A stretch of DNA of 64,000 bases from Eledone cirrhosa (lineage: Eukaryota): positions 23,560,001-23,624,000 of the forward strand of contig OZ024764.1 of NCBI GenBank assembly GCA_964016885.1, in the 5' to 3' direction. Made by a program: the position numbers and the translations under genes. The notes beneath the pieces are model-generated. The model was not told the origin of the DNA. It ran no database searches and saw nothing but the letters and a program-made list of their open reading frames with translations. Positions 1-13,236 of this stretch are shown here, in pieces. Position 1 is the first letter of the stretch, and every line of letters begins with the position of its first letter.

Positions 1-23
1 ACACCTCAGACTATAATGTAAGT
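1..23 (+). promoter_or_regulatory. 3' end of putative non-coding exon 1 and splice donor (AAT|GTAAGT, GT at 18) of ZNF copy 1
   Basis: Same context as donors at 18210, 34204 and 53971, each about 100 bp downstream of the conserved promoter motif cluster. Confidence 0.6.
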
Positions 24-242
24 ATTATGTCTATTAATATTGTAGATTTAAGCTCACTTTTCACATCACAAATATATATTTTCTTGTTTTTTTCATTACT
101 GGAAATATAAAATGTTATCGTAATTATCTATATTTTACCTACCTCTAATTAATTAAAGTGAAAACTTTTGTTGTTGCTGAAAAATAAATTAACAAAACTA
201 AATATTTAAATATTGTAAAGGTCGTTTTTATATTATGTGATG

Positions 243-2061
243 ACCAAAAGACTGGTGCAGTAGCATCATTGTCAACTGCTACAAAGGTAAAGGCGATGCA
301 CTAGATAGAGGAAACTATAGAGGTATAAAGTTGATGGACCAGGTCATGAAAGTAACAGAAAGAGTTATAGCACAGCTGATTAGGGACCGGGTGAATATAG
401 ACGAGATGCAATTTGGGTTTGTTCCAGGGAAAGGCACCACTGATGCGCTCTTCCTTGTGAGGCAATTACAGGAAAAGTACCTAGCTAAAAGTAAGCCACT
501 CTACTTGGCATTTGTCGACCTTGAGAAAGCCTTTGACAGAGTTCCACGTGCAGTAATCTGGTGGGCTCTTAGAAAACTAGGAGTAGATGAATGGCTTGTG
601 AAAGCGGTACAAGCCATGTATAGGGGAGCAGTCAGCAAAGTTAGGATTGGCAATGAGTATAGCGAGGAATTTAGCGTACAGGTTGGGGTCCACCAGGGCT
701 CTGTTCTTAGCCCTCTCCTGTTCATCATAGTCCTGCAGGCAATAACGGAGGAGTTTAAGACCGGATGCCCATGGGAACTCCTGTATGCTGATGACCTCGC
801 ACTCATAGCTGAATCTATGGTAGAACTAGAGAATAAATTCCAAACCTGGAAGCAGGGACTAGAGAGAAAGGGCCTCAAAGTCAACATGACAAAGACTAAG
901 GTCCTTATAAGTAGACGAGAAAACAGAACCCAGATCCCCTCAGGGAAATGGCCTTGCTCAGTATGTAGGAAAGGTGTAGGTAGGAACTCCATTCTTTGCC
1001 CCAAATGCAAACAATGGGTACACAAGAGATGTAGCGGGATCTCAGGAAGCTTAATTAAGAATGTAGGATTCACATGCAGCAGCTGTGCTGAAACAGCAAG
1101 CAAACAGCCACAGGAAACAAGTACCACCAATCTCTGGGAGGGCCCTGTAGAAACAGTAGACAGCTTCTGCTACCTAGGTGACCGAATTAGCAACGGAGGT
1201 GGGTGCTCAGAAAGTACAATAACTAGGGTAAGAACGGGATGGAAGAAGTTTAGGGAACTACTACCACTGCTAGCTGCAAAAGGCTTCTCCCTCAGAATGA
1301 AAGGCAGACTGTATGATGCGTGTATCCGAACAGCGATGTTGCATGGTAGTGAGACCTGGGCGCTGAAGGTGGAAGACTTACGTAGATTAGAGAGAAACGA
1401 AGCCTGCATGCTCCGATGGATGTGTAACAGTAATATACGTGAACGACAAAGCATAAATGAATTGAGAGAGAGACTGAGCATAAGAGGAATCAAATGCTGC
1501 GTGCAGGAGAGGCGGTTACGCTGGTATGGACATGTGATGCGTATGAAGGATGACAGCTGCATAAAAAGGTGCAGAGCACTAGAAGTTGATGGAAACCGCG
1601 GAGTGGGGAGACCCAAGATGACTTGGGATGAGGTGATAAAAGCCGACCTTACCCAACTACACCTCTCAAAGTCAATGACACACGACCGTGACTTCTGGCG
1701 TCACGCAGTAATACAGGGTACCCGACCTCCCATGGGTACATGCTGAAGCATATAAACAATATGCCCCCCCCCCCCCCCCCACACACCGCAAGGTGGTCGT
1801 GGAGGTGCCACGGCAAAAAAGCACCCAGCCCACACTGTAAAGTGGACGTGTAGGCGCCACGAAAAAGCACCCAGCACTCACTGTAAATGAGGTTGGTGTT
1901 AGGAAGGGCATCCAGCTGTAGAAATCAAGCCAGATCAGTTCCTGTATGAGCAAGGCATGGTCAGCCGACCAGACACTGCCCACAACAGGACAACCCGTCT
2001 AACCCATGCTAGCGTGGAAGAACGGACGTAAAACGGTGATGATGATGATGATGATGATGAT
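243..2061 (+). mobile_element. 5'-truncated young RTE-clade LINE (family A), intact RT + PHD + C-terminus, (GAT)n tail
   Basis: ORF 331-1746 has FVDLEKAFD, GVHQGSVLSP, YADD and RRLRWYGHVMRM. (GAT)n tail ends at about 2061. The empty site ATGTGATGATATAATT is present in cassettes 2-4. Confidence 0.93.
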
Positions 2062-2371
2062 ATAATTAATATATTTTATTACAATTGTATAAATTTACAG
2101 TAGAATAACGTTGTAAATATGTTTTAAATATATACATAAATAACATAAGTGTGTAAATAACATTATAAATTGCTGGCAATTCCTTGAGAAAGACATTACA
2201 AATATATTGTCTAAACTGTGTATAATAATATAATTTATTGAACAATAATGATAAAGGAAAGAAAAACACAGTGGGAGATGGCAATTGACCACCAAGTGTG
2301 ATAATAGGTCACACCTCACACCTTAGGGGTTAACTACACACTTTGAGGCAAGCCAACACACTGGCAGCATT

Positions 2372-2530
2372 ACTAAGGTGTTGAAATAACCAGGTACCCT
2401 CACGGGTATCACCTGACACCTCGGTAAGGTGAGTCTAAGGGGCTGAAATAACCAGGTACCCTCACGGGTATCACCTAACACCTCGGTAAGGTGAGGCTAA
2501 GGTGCTGAAATAACCAGCTACCCTCACGAG
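2372..2530 (+). repeat. 62-bp minisatellite, about 2.5 units
   Basis: GAAATAACC recurs at 2383, 2445 and 2507. Confidence 0.9.
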
Positions 2531-2954
2531 TATTTTCTCTGGACCCCTCAGATACTTGCAATAGACGTTTTATTCCCCAGTATTAGGGTTAGGGTTTCCG
2601 TTTTCAGGAAGAAAAGTCGATTGCAAACATCTAAGAGGTCGAGAAATAAAATTAAGGAAAGATAATTATTTCCCAGCCACCTGGAGAAGTGTGTAGCTCT
2701 TCTAAACTCTGATAATCCTGTCTCCCACTTTTTATCTACAAATCTAGTCGTTTCCTGCTACTTTGAAGGCCCTATTTATTGATAACACCACTTGTAAATC
2801 TTTGTCAACTTTTCATACGTAAATTGTGAATCAGTTATTTTTAAACAAACTATCAAAGAAGTGATCTCACAGTAACTGTGTTTGATTCAATCAACTTATT
2901 CCCCCCCAAACATTGTCGACCTTGTGTCTAAATCAGAAACTATTATAAGATCTT

Positions 2955-3100
2955 AAATCAACCCCGTAAAGATGAAGGGCAAAGCTAACCTCGGCGGGAT
3001 TTCAACCCTTTATGTTATGAGTTCAAATCCCACCAAAGTTAACTTTGTCTTTCATTCTAACGGAGTGGATAAATTAAAGTTCCAGTAATCTACTGGGGTC
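2955..3100. mobile_element. Two head-to-head fragments of a tRNA-derived SINE
   Basis: GAGTTCAAATCCC B-box with a TTTGTCTTTCATTC..GATAAATTAAAG body on +, and its reverse complement just upstream. Same family as 43834-44011, repeated at about 35515-35660. Confidence 0.6.
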
Positions 3101-3158
3101 TGAGATATTAAGGTTTGAGTAGATTCTATCTTTTTGTGTGTTTGTATTTATAATCTTA

Positions 3159-3303
3159 CTAGAAACCCTGTGACCTGTTGGGTCACGTTCCCTTTAAAAA
3201 TAATATTTAAATAATTAAAATGTACACAGACATGTATATAATGTAAAATGAAATTAGTAGGCCCATGTATATATATATATATATATATATATGCGTGTGT
3301 GTG

Positions 3304-3351
<48 letters not shown>

Positions 3352-3625
3352 CACACACGTCACTTGTTATAATTTTATAACTTTGTTCAACAGCACCACC
3401 AGCTATCTCTCTGTCACACACCTATTATCTTTCTCTCTCTATTTATAAAGGTGCCAGAAGAACCCCATATCTCGGGAACCTGTGCATTGATTTACGTGAA
3501 ACTTATTTTATCCCATTTGTATTCCCATTTCAGGGTCAACTTCCTTTCAAACTATTTTCCCGTTATGCCCCGTTTTAGCTGTATTACATTACAGACAAGA
3601 CACAATCACAAAGTTTTAGGTTTAT
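3159..3625 (-). mobile_element. Non-autonomous Helitron (intronic copy) with internal (TA)/(TG) microsatellite
   Basis: Minus-strand 3' end CTAG|T (3159-3162) preceded by hairpin GTGACC-N5-GGTCAC (3170-3186). The body is a diverged reverse complement of 26057-26447. Confidence 0.7.
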
Positions 3626-3719
3626 AATGTTATAGTATCATGATAGGGTAATACAGTTATTTATAGACCTGTGGTAAATGTTGGTTCAGTCCACCCTGGG
3701 GGGTGTCAGTGTTGGTCAA

Positions 3720-4150
3720 TGATAACCTTTATAACTAGAGGCCTGTTGGTGAGGACAAGCTGGAAGTGGTGACATCTTTCTGCTACCTGTGTGACATGTC
3801 AGCTGGAAGTGGAGCCAAGTTCACTGCCATCGTGCTGTGCCACTCCACAGGTAACAAGTTTAGGCAGCTTCTCCTAATCCTCAAGACATGCTGGCTACCA
3901 TTAGACACCATGGGGCAGATTTATAACACCTGTGGGAGAAGTGTGTTGTTTCATGCCAGCGAGACCTGGGCCATGTTATCTGACTGTCTGAATTGACTCT
4001 GAAGAAATGACAGAGCTATGATCCACTGGATGTGTAGTGTGACCATTGAGGATGATGTCAGCTCAACTAAGCTCCTAAAATAACTGCTGATCAACAACCT
4101 CAAGGATGTGTTTCACAGGAGACACATGCACTGGTATGGCCATGTTGTGC
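3720..4150 (+). mobile_element. Old degraded RTE LINE 3' fragment
   Basis: Translates to VVTSFCYL..HASETW..RNDRAMIHWMC with stops. Duplicated at about 39240-39670. Confidence 0.7.
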
Positions 4151-6750
4151 ATTCTCTCTCAACTCATCTATGCTTGGTCGTTGATGCACATTGACATTGC
4201 ACATCCAACGGAGCATACTTGCTTCATTTCTCTCCAGCCATCGCATATCCTCCACAGTTGCTGTGCATGTCTCACTACCGTGCAGCATCACACATCTCAC
4301 GCAGGCATCACCAGCCATTCGTTCTTAGGGAGAAACCCTTCTTTGTCAACAGAGCAAGCAGCTCCCTAAACGTCTTCCAACCCGTCCTTATTCTAGATAC
4401 TATGGCCTCTGAGCACCCTCCTCCCATGCTAATTTGATCACCTAGATACCGGAAGCTATCAACCACTTCTATAGAACCTATCTGCATTTGAAAAATGTGT
4501 CTATCAATGCGACTTCTACTGTCAAATGTCCCTGTACATCTACTGCATATGTAGTTTTCCCTACCTGTTAGTTTGCCTGCTATCCCACTACATTTCTTGT
4601 GTACCCAAAATCTGCATTGTGTACATTATAGAATTTATGCCAGTTCCTTTTCTACATATTGAACAAGGCCATTTCCCTGATGGAATGACAGTTTTGTCCT
4701 CTTTTCTACTCAACACTTGTCTTAGCTAGGTTCACTCTCAGTCCTCTTGCTTCCAACTGCTGTTTCCATAGCCAGAATTTATGCTCTAGCTCCTCTACTG
4801 ATTCTGCTATAAGAACCACATCGTCAGCCTAGAGAAGTTCCCATGGGCAGCCAGTCTTAAACTCCTCTTTTATGGCTTGGAGGCCTATAATGAACAAGGG
4901 CGGGCTGAGGACCGACCCTGATGTACTCCTACTTGTATCTGGAATTCCTTATTAAACTCCATTCCTACCCTCACTTTACTGACAGCACCTCTGTACATAG
5001 CTTGCACTGTCCTCACAAACTATTCCTCTACACCTAGTTTCCTTAGGGACCACCAGATGACAGATTGGGGTACTCTATCAAAGGCCTTTTCTAGGTGAAC
5101 AAAAGCTAAGTATAGTGGTTTATTCTTCTCTAAGAACCTCTCTAGTAGTTGTCTCACTAAGAAGAGGGCATCTGTTTGACCCTTTCTCTAAGTTGCGCTA
5201 GTATTCTTTCTGTCACTTTCATAACCTGATCCATCAGTTTTATGCCCATATTATACTCCTCTCCAGAACATCCCCTTTACCTTTACCTCAATTTATGAGA
5301 ATACTGCTGCACCAGTCTTTGGGTATGACACCACCATATATAGCTTGATTAATGATGCATACAACCAGTTTACTTCCTACATCCCCTGATGCCTTCAGCA
5401 TCTCAGCAACTATCCCCAACAGTCCAGCAGACCTCCATTTTTCCTTTCCTTAATTACTCTTGGACCCTATAGTCGTCAATCTCAATAGCTGGTCCTTCTG
5501 TCGGGTCTACTGAAGGTAGACCCGACATTTCCAGGCCTCCCTTTTCTGATCATTCGTGACACTAAGTACATCGGCATCATCCCGTACAGATTTATCTCCA
5601 ACAACATCCTGATTTGCACTGACACACTGCCTTGCAATGTGGAACACTGCACGCCTCTGATCTTCCCGTCGCAGAACATTGGCAAACCTCCTACTCTCAG
5701 CCTCCCTGCATGCTAAGTAGACCTGACATCTAGCTTCTCTCTTAGTGGCTGTGTATCGGTCTCTACCCCTACAATTTTTCCAAACATTCCATGCTAGTCT
5801 TTTGTCTCTAATGGCTCTATCTACCGTGCTGTTCCACCACCAGGTCACCCTCTGTCTGGTTGGAGCTCTGCTCCAGCCACAAGTTTTATGAGTAACCTGC
5901 AGTAAGTTGTCACGTAAGAAATTCCAGTTATCATCTATGTCATACGACGCTAAAACGTCTTCTTTTTCATCATACACATCTTGAAGGGCTTGCCTAAATT
6001 TATATTTTAGTGAAAGGTCTTTTAGTTTCTAGACCTTCCTTTTTCACACCTTCTTGTATGTCTCTCTTTGTCTCTTGCTTACTGAGATATCACTAACGAC
6101 TAACCTATGTTGGGGGATTACATTGTTCCCTGGGGTATGCCTTAGTATTTGACACCATCTATCTGTCTTACTCCCTAACTAGCAAGAAGTCAATCTGTCT
6201 CATGTGCTCACCTGATTGGTAGGTTATTAGGTGGTTGGTAGGTTTCTTGAAGTGTTGCAAATGGTTAGTTCACTTGCATCACAAAATACAAGAAGCTTCA
6301 CTCCTTCGTTTCTTGAGCCATAACCATGACCACCATGTACCCCAGTGTATCCATCCTGGAGCTGTCCAACATGACCATTGAAGTCCCCTGCTATTATAAC
6401 TAGGTCTCTGTCCTTGTGGTTATCTCTACTTATTCCTTTTCTACATATGGAGCAGGGCCACTTTCCTGAAGGTGTCAGGGTCTTCTCTCCTATCCATTAG
6501 CACTTTAGTTTTGGCTAAGTATATTCTCAGAACTTACCATTTCAAATTCTATATCTATAGCTGGTCATCTACATAGAGAAGTTTCCATAGACAGCCAGTC
6601 TTAAACCTCTCTGTTATGGCTTGGAGAACTATGATGAACAACAGTGGGCTAAGAACTAAACCATGATGAACTCCTACCTGTACCTTCAATTCCTCACTAA
6701 ACATACTTTACTGACATCTTCTCACAAGCCATTCTTCTACACCTAATTTC
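4150..6750 (-). mobile_element. Degraded antisense RTE LINE (family C-like) plus a further RT fragment
   Basis: Minus ORFs 5507-5977 (TCGWSRAPTRQRVTWWWNS) and 4100-4318 (LHGSET..LERNEASMLRWMC), with many frameshifts. Confidence 0.88.
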
Positions 6751-6755
6751 TTTAA

Positions 6756-6963
6756 CCCTTTAGTATATAAACTGGCCATATCTGGCCAGAATTCTCCCAC
6801 ATCTTTCTGTTCAAACTGGCCGTAACTGGTCACTTATACTTATGTTAAGGTATTGTTCTCAAATTAAGTAACATCAAAATCTCATCGATTTGATATTATG
6901 TGAGATAAAGCATTTACTGTGAAAATATAATAGTAAATATAGAGTAATGTGAATACTAAAGGG
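6756..6963. mobile_element. piggyBac-type MITE (208 bp)
   Basis: TTAA|CCCTTTAGTAT ... ATACTAAAGGG|TTAA. Also at 42276-42483 and 58261-58466. Confidence 0.8.
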
Positions 6964-7497
6964 TTAATCTAATGTCACTAATAACTACTTGTATCAGTCA
7001 GTTTAATCTAATGTCACTAATAACTACTTTTATCTGTCAGTATAATCTAATGTCACTAATAACTACTTTTATCAGTCAGTTTAATCTAATGTCACTAATA
7101 ACTACTTTTATCAGTCAGCATAATCTAATGTCACTAATAACTACTTTTATCAGTCAGTTTAATCTAATGTCACTAATAACTACTTTTATCAGTCAGCATA
7201 ATCTAATGTCACTAATAACTACTTTTATCAGTCAGTATAATCTAATGTCACTAATAACTACTTTTATCAGTCAGTTTAATCTAATGTCACTAATAACTAC
7301 TTTTATCAGTCAGTATAATCTAATCTCACTAATAACTACTTTTATTAGTCAGTTTAATATAATGTCACTAATAACTACTTTTATCAGTCAGTTTAATCTA
7401 ATCTCACTAATAACTACTTTTATCAGTCAGTTTAATCTAATGTCACTAATAACTACTTTTATCAGTCAGTTTAATCTAATGTCACTAATAACTAACC
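6964..7497 (+). repeat. 39-bp satellite TTAATCTAATGTCACTAATAACTACTTTTATCAGTCAGT, about 13.5 units
   Basis: Direct tandem repeat. It yields the spurious 13-aa repeat ORF 6972-7505. Confidence 0.97.
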
Positions 7498-7619
7498 TAT
7501 GTTAGTCAGCACATTCTTCACCTAAGAAGGCCTTAGTATTTATTACAGTCCATTTATCAATATAGAAATATTATATGAAATTTGTACTGATGTATTACAA
7601 GTTTCTGAGTATCTTATAA

Positions 7620-7638
7620 TGTTCTTTTATTATTTCAG
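7620..7638 (+). promoter_or_regulatory. Putative 3' splice acceptor of the ZNF coding exon (TTCTTTTATTATTTCAG|AATACC)
   Basis: Pyrimidine tract plus CAG, conserved at 23241 and 42729. Confidence 0.6.
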
Positions 7639-8437
7639 AATACCAGAGGACATTGGCATTAAAGAGCACGTTACATCAGACATATCCTCAACATTAACCA
7701 TTTCTAATGAAAGACACTACCCATCATTTTCAAATAATTTTGAAAACACTCAACACTTTGAAGGGATTTAGTAATATAACTAAATTTCTCAGTATTAAGC
7801 TGCTATTTGGAACATAACTTTGCACAATCTCATGAAGTTACAATGGAAAGTTTTTAGATAAATATAAAGACTGGTATGAAAAGGATAAAACACTTTTATA
7901 TCAGTTGTTTCATCAACACTATTATTTAAAGACTAAAGGAAGCTGTTATACAGAACAGATACAACCTTGTTTATATAAATCTATGGGAGAAATACTGTGA
8001 AATATTTCTTGTAAACTCAATAACCCTTCTATTCTTTGCTGTCTGGAATATGTAGAAGATACAAAATAAAGCTGAAGAAATTTACACATGATTTTGTAAG
8101 ATCTTCATATATTGACAAAGTTGATAGTTGATGGAACTACAGGAGTAGAAATATTTCCATTTTTACAGGAATAACTAATCAAATGAAAACTAGAAAAATT
8201 AGATTCTTCACTGTCTGGAATATGTACAAGATGATTTTATATGTATATTAAACTTGAAGACATCAACAAAACAGTTTGTATCATCTTTAAATATAAAGAA
8301 AGACCAAGTTGATGGAAATATATCTGGAGGAATATGTTTTAGGAATAATATTATAAACATAAAGAAGAAAAATATCCATATATTGCGAGGAGAAAAATAT
8401 TAAAACTGTGAATTATGTGAGAAACTGGGGTGATTGA

Positions 8438-10456
<2,019 letters not shown>

Positions 10457-10724
10457 CTGTATCAATATCAAACTCATTACATCATACTACAACAACAACA
10501 ACAATTGTGTAGATCCATCATCCTTGCTAAAACTGGGGATAACCTTGTAGGTTTTACCTATGACAGGGATCATAAACACCAGGTTTCCATTTTTGAAGCA
10601 GTGTTTGAAGATTTTGTGTAAATTAAAGTTTTTCACATTAAAATTTCATTTATTATACTTTAACAGGTAAGATATATATTTGTATTTTTAGTAAAGTTGG
10701 GAACTTCTGTAATTTAAACCTGCC

Positions 10725-10730
10725 AATAAA
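10725..10730 (+). terminator. Putative polyadenylation signal AATAAA with downstream GT-rich tract
   Basis: About 270 nt after the TAG. Conserved at 24910 and 43784, followed by TTTGTTGTTG. Confidence 0.55.
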
Positions 10731-10899
10731 ATGAAAACGTTTGTTGTTGCTAGTCTGACATTGATATTAATTCTATTGTCCTGTACATTGTCTCAAATAT
10801 CACAGATTAAACAGATTTTAACAATAACAACAGAAATCAATAACTTGTAAGCCTAATATCTAGCTTCCATTTTAACCATTTGATATTGTTGTTCCCCTC

Positions 10900-12110
10900 C
10901 TGTCTCTTCAGGTCTTTTAGATTTCAACTTCTATCTACTGTACTATTCCATCACCAAGGCAACATTCATCTGGCTGGCAGCTTACATCAACTACAAATCT
11001 CATCAGTGGTTCACAACAGGCTGTCTGAAAGAAACTTCCAGATATCTTCTATGTCAGAGCCATCAATCTCCTCCTCCTTATCATATGTATCATGTAGAAC
11101 ATCTCTGAATTTATATTTAACAGGGAGATCTTTTACTGTCCCTACCCTTTTCTCTAGGTTGTCTTGTACCTCTCTCACAGTCCCTCTAGATCTTATATTT
11201 AACAGGGAGATCTTTTACTATCCCTACCCTTTTCTCTAGGTTGTCTTGTACCAGTCTCACAGTCCCTCTAGATCTTATATTTAACAGGGAGATCTTTTAC
11301 TGTCCCTACCCTTTTCTTTAGGTTGTCTTGTACCAGTCTCACAGTCCCTCTAGATCTTATATTTAACAGGGAGATATTTTACTATCCCTACCCTTTTCTC
11401 TAGGTGGTGTTGTATCTCTCTCACAGTCCCTCTAGATCTTATATTTAACAGGGAGATATTTTTCTATCCCTACCCTTTTCTCTAGGTGGTGTTGTACCTC
11501 TCTCACAGTCCCTCTAGATCTTATATTTAACAGGGAGATCTTTTACTATCCCTACCCTCTTCACTAAGTTGTCTTGTACCTCTCTCACAGTCTTTCTAGA
11601 TCTTATATTTAACAGGAAGATCTTTTATTATCTCTACCCTTTATTTAGGTTGTCTTGTACCTCTCTCACAGTCCCTCTAGATCTTATATTTAACGGTGAT
11701 ATTTTACTATCCCTACCTCTTTCTCTAGGTTGTCTTGTACCACCCTCACAGTCCCTCTAGATCTTATATTTAATAGGGAGATATTTTACTGGCCCTACCC
11801 TTTTCTCTAGGTTGTCATGTACCTCTCTCACAGTCCCTCTAGATCTTATATTTAACAGGGAGATCTTTTACTTTCCAACCCTTCTATCTCCAGATAGTCT
11901 TGTATATGTCAGTCCCTCTAGATATTACACCTAGTATCTAGTCTATGTTGAGTGGTACGTTCTTCTACAGTAAAGGAGTTAATATTCCCAACCATCTGTC
12001 TATCCTGTTTTCTGATGAGAATGAAGTCAATCTAGTTTATCTCTTCACATGATTGAAGTAACTAGATGGTTTCCTCTAAGTTAGTGCTGCAATGTTTGTG
12101 TCACCATGTA
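10900..12110 (-). mobile_element. Highly degraded antisense RTE fragment hosting the 82-bp minisatellite
   Basis: Minus strand reads like KYKFRDVLHDTYDKEEE..IWKFLSDSLL.TTDEICS, homologous to the RTE linker in ORF 47451-48254. Confidence 0.65.
11110..11930 (+). repeat. 82-bp minisatellite, about 10 units
   Basis: TATATTTAACAGGGAGAT recurs at 11112, 11194, 11276 and onward. About 5 units at 44346-44752, remnants at about 25150-25290. Confidence 0.92.
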
Positions 12111-12204
12111 AGGTTTATATCTATTAATATAGAGATGTAGTAAAGTTTTCACTGTTGTATCTCTATTTTCTAAATATCTTAATAATGTTTCTCTACTATT
12201 TCAG

Positions 12205-12590
12205 AATATCACATGACCTTGACAGAAAAGAGTCTTTTAAAGACAACAGAAAGATGTTACATACAAGTGATATAAACTTGTTTAGTCTGTGGTGAATTAT
12301 GGTGAAATATTTCTTCTGAATTGAGATAAATAACAACATTTTCCTTTTTCACTGTCTGGAATATTTACAAGATGATTTTACATTCTGATTAAACTTTGGA
12401 TATTTACAAAGGAGTTTTCAAAATATTTGGATATTGACAAAGATCACATTTGGTAAAATTATGAACAATAGAAATATTTACATCAACATAGGAATATTTT
12501 CCAGAAGAGATGGGAAAATCATTATACCACTGTAATATTTGTGGTAAAATATTCTCTCTTCTTTATATGTAGAACATCTAACTAAACACT
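12205..12590 (+). pseudogene. Decayed older ZNF exon (acceptor, UTR-like sequence and one broken finger MGKSLYHCNICGKIFS..HLTKH)
   Basis: TATTTCAG|AATATCAC acceptor. TTCACTGTCTGGAATAT..ACAAGATGATTTTA is shared with the main exon 5'UTR. ATG at 12510. Confidence 0.65.
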
Positions 12591-12700
12591 TTAATTAACA
12601 AACTATTGTGCTATAGAATTGACAAACTTGAGCAATGTTTAATAAATGTTACAGATTTCTCCAAACTATCATTTACTAACGTTAATTTGAAGCTATATTA

Positions 12701-12950
12701 TCTCTATACTACTAAAACTCTGTGATTGTGTCTTGTCTGTAATTTAATACAGCTAAAACAGTGCATAATGGGGAAATACTTTGAAAGGAATAAAACAAGA
12801 TTTGTATAAAATGGAGCACAGGTTCCCAAGATACGGGGGTTTCTGGATACCTTCATAAATATAGGGAGAGAATGAGATAGTGGTTGTGAGAGAGAGGGAG
12901 CTGTGGTGTTGTTTAATAAAATATGTGTGTGTATATATATATATATACAC
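12701..12950 (+). mobile_element. Non-autonomous Helitron, 3' terminus lost
   Basis: A|TCTCTATACTACTAAAAC 5' end matches 26057. Homology stops at the (TA)n tract. Confidence 0.65.
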
Positions 12951-13236
12951 TCTCTCTAACATATACATCAGATTTCCCTGCTAGCAAGGGTTTAATGAGT
13001 CTACTTCAACCAAGTAAGTACTGAAGTGCGGCTACTGATCTCCCAGACAGACCAAGGATCTGAGACTTATTTACATAAGGTCTCATTTGCTACTGAGTGC
13101 ACAGAAAAGGTTGTCATGTCTTTGTCATGATTGAAGGGTTCTCCGACACTATTGTCGGGCAAGCTTTCTATGACTAGATGTCCTTCACATGACCAACCAC
13201 ATTACAGCCTGTGTTGGGTGTGTTTATCATGTAGGT

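Noticed and set aside
501-1616. Antisense ORFs over RTE, CR1, hAT and Tigger (e.g. 501-1130, 21864-22409, 37299-37931, 50273-50836)
   Set aside because: Shadow frames of TE coding sequence with no independent motifs.
2583-2596. Telomeric TTAGGG repeat
   Set aside because: Only two units, inside a MITE-like element repeated in three cassettes. Not a telomere or fusion site.
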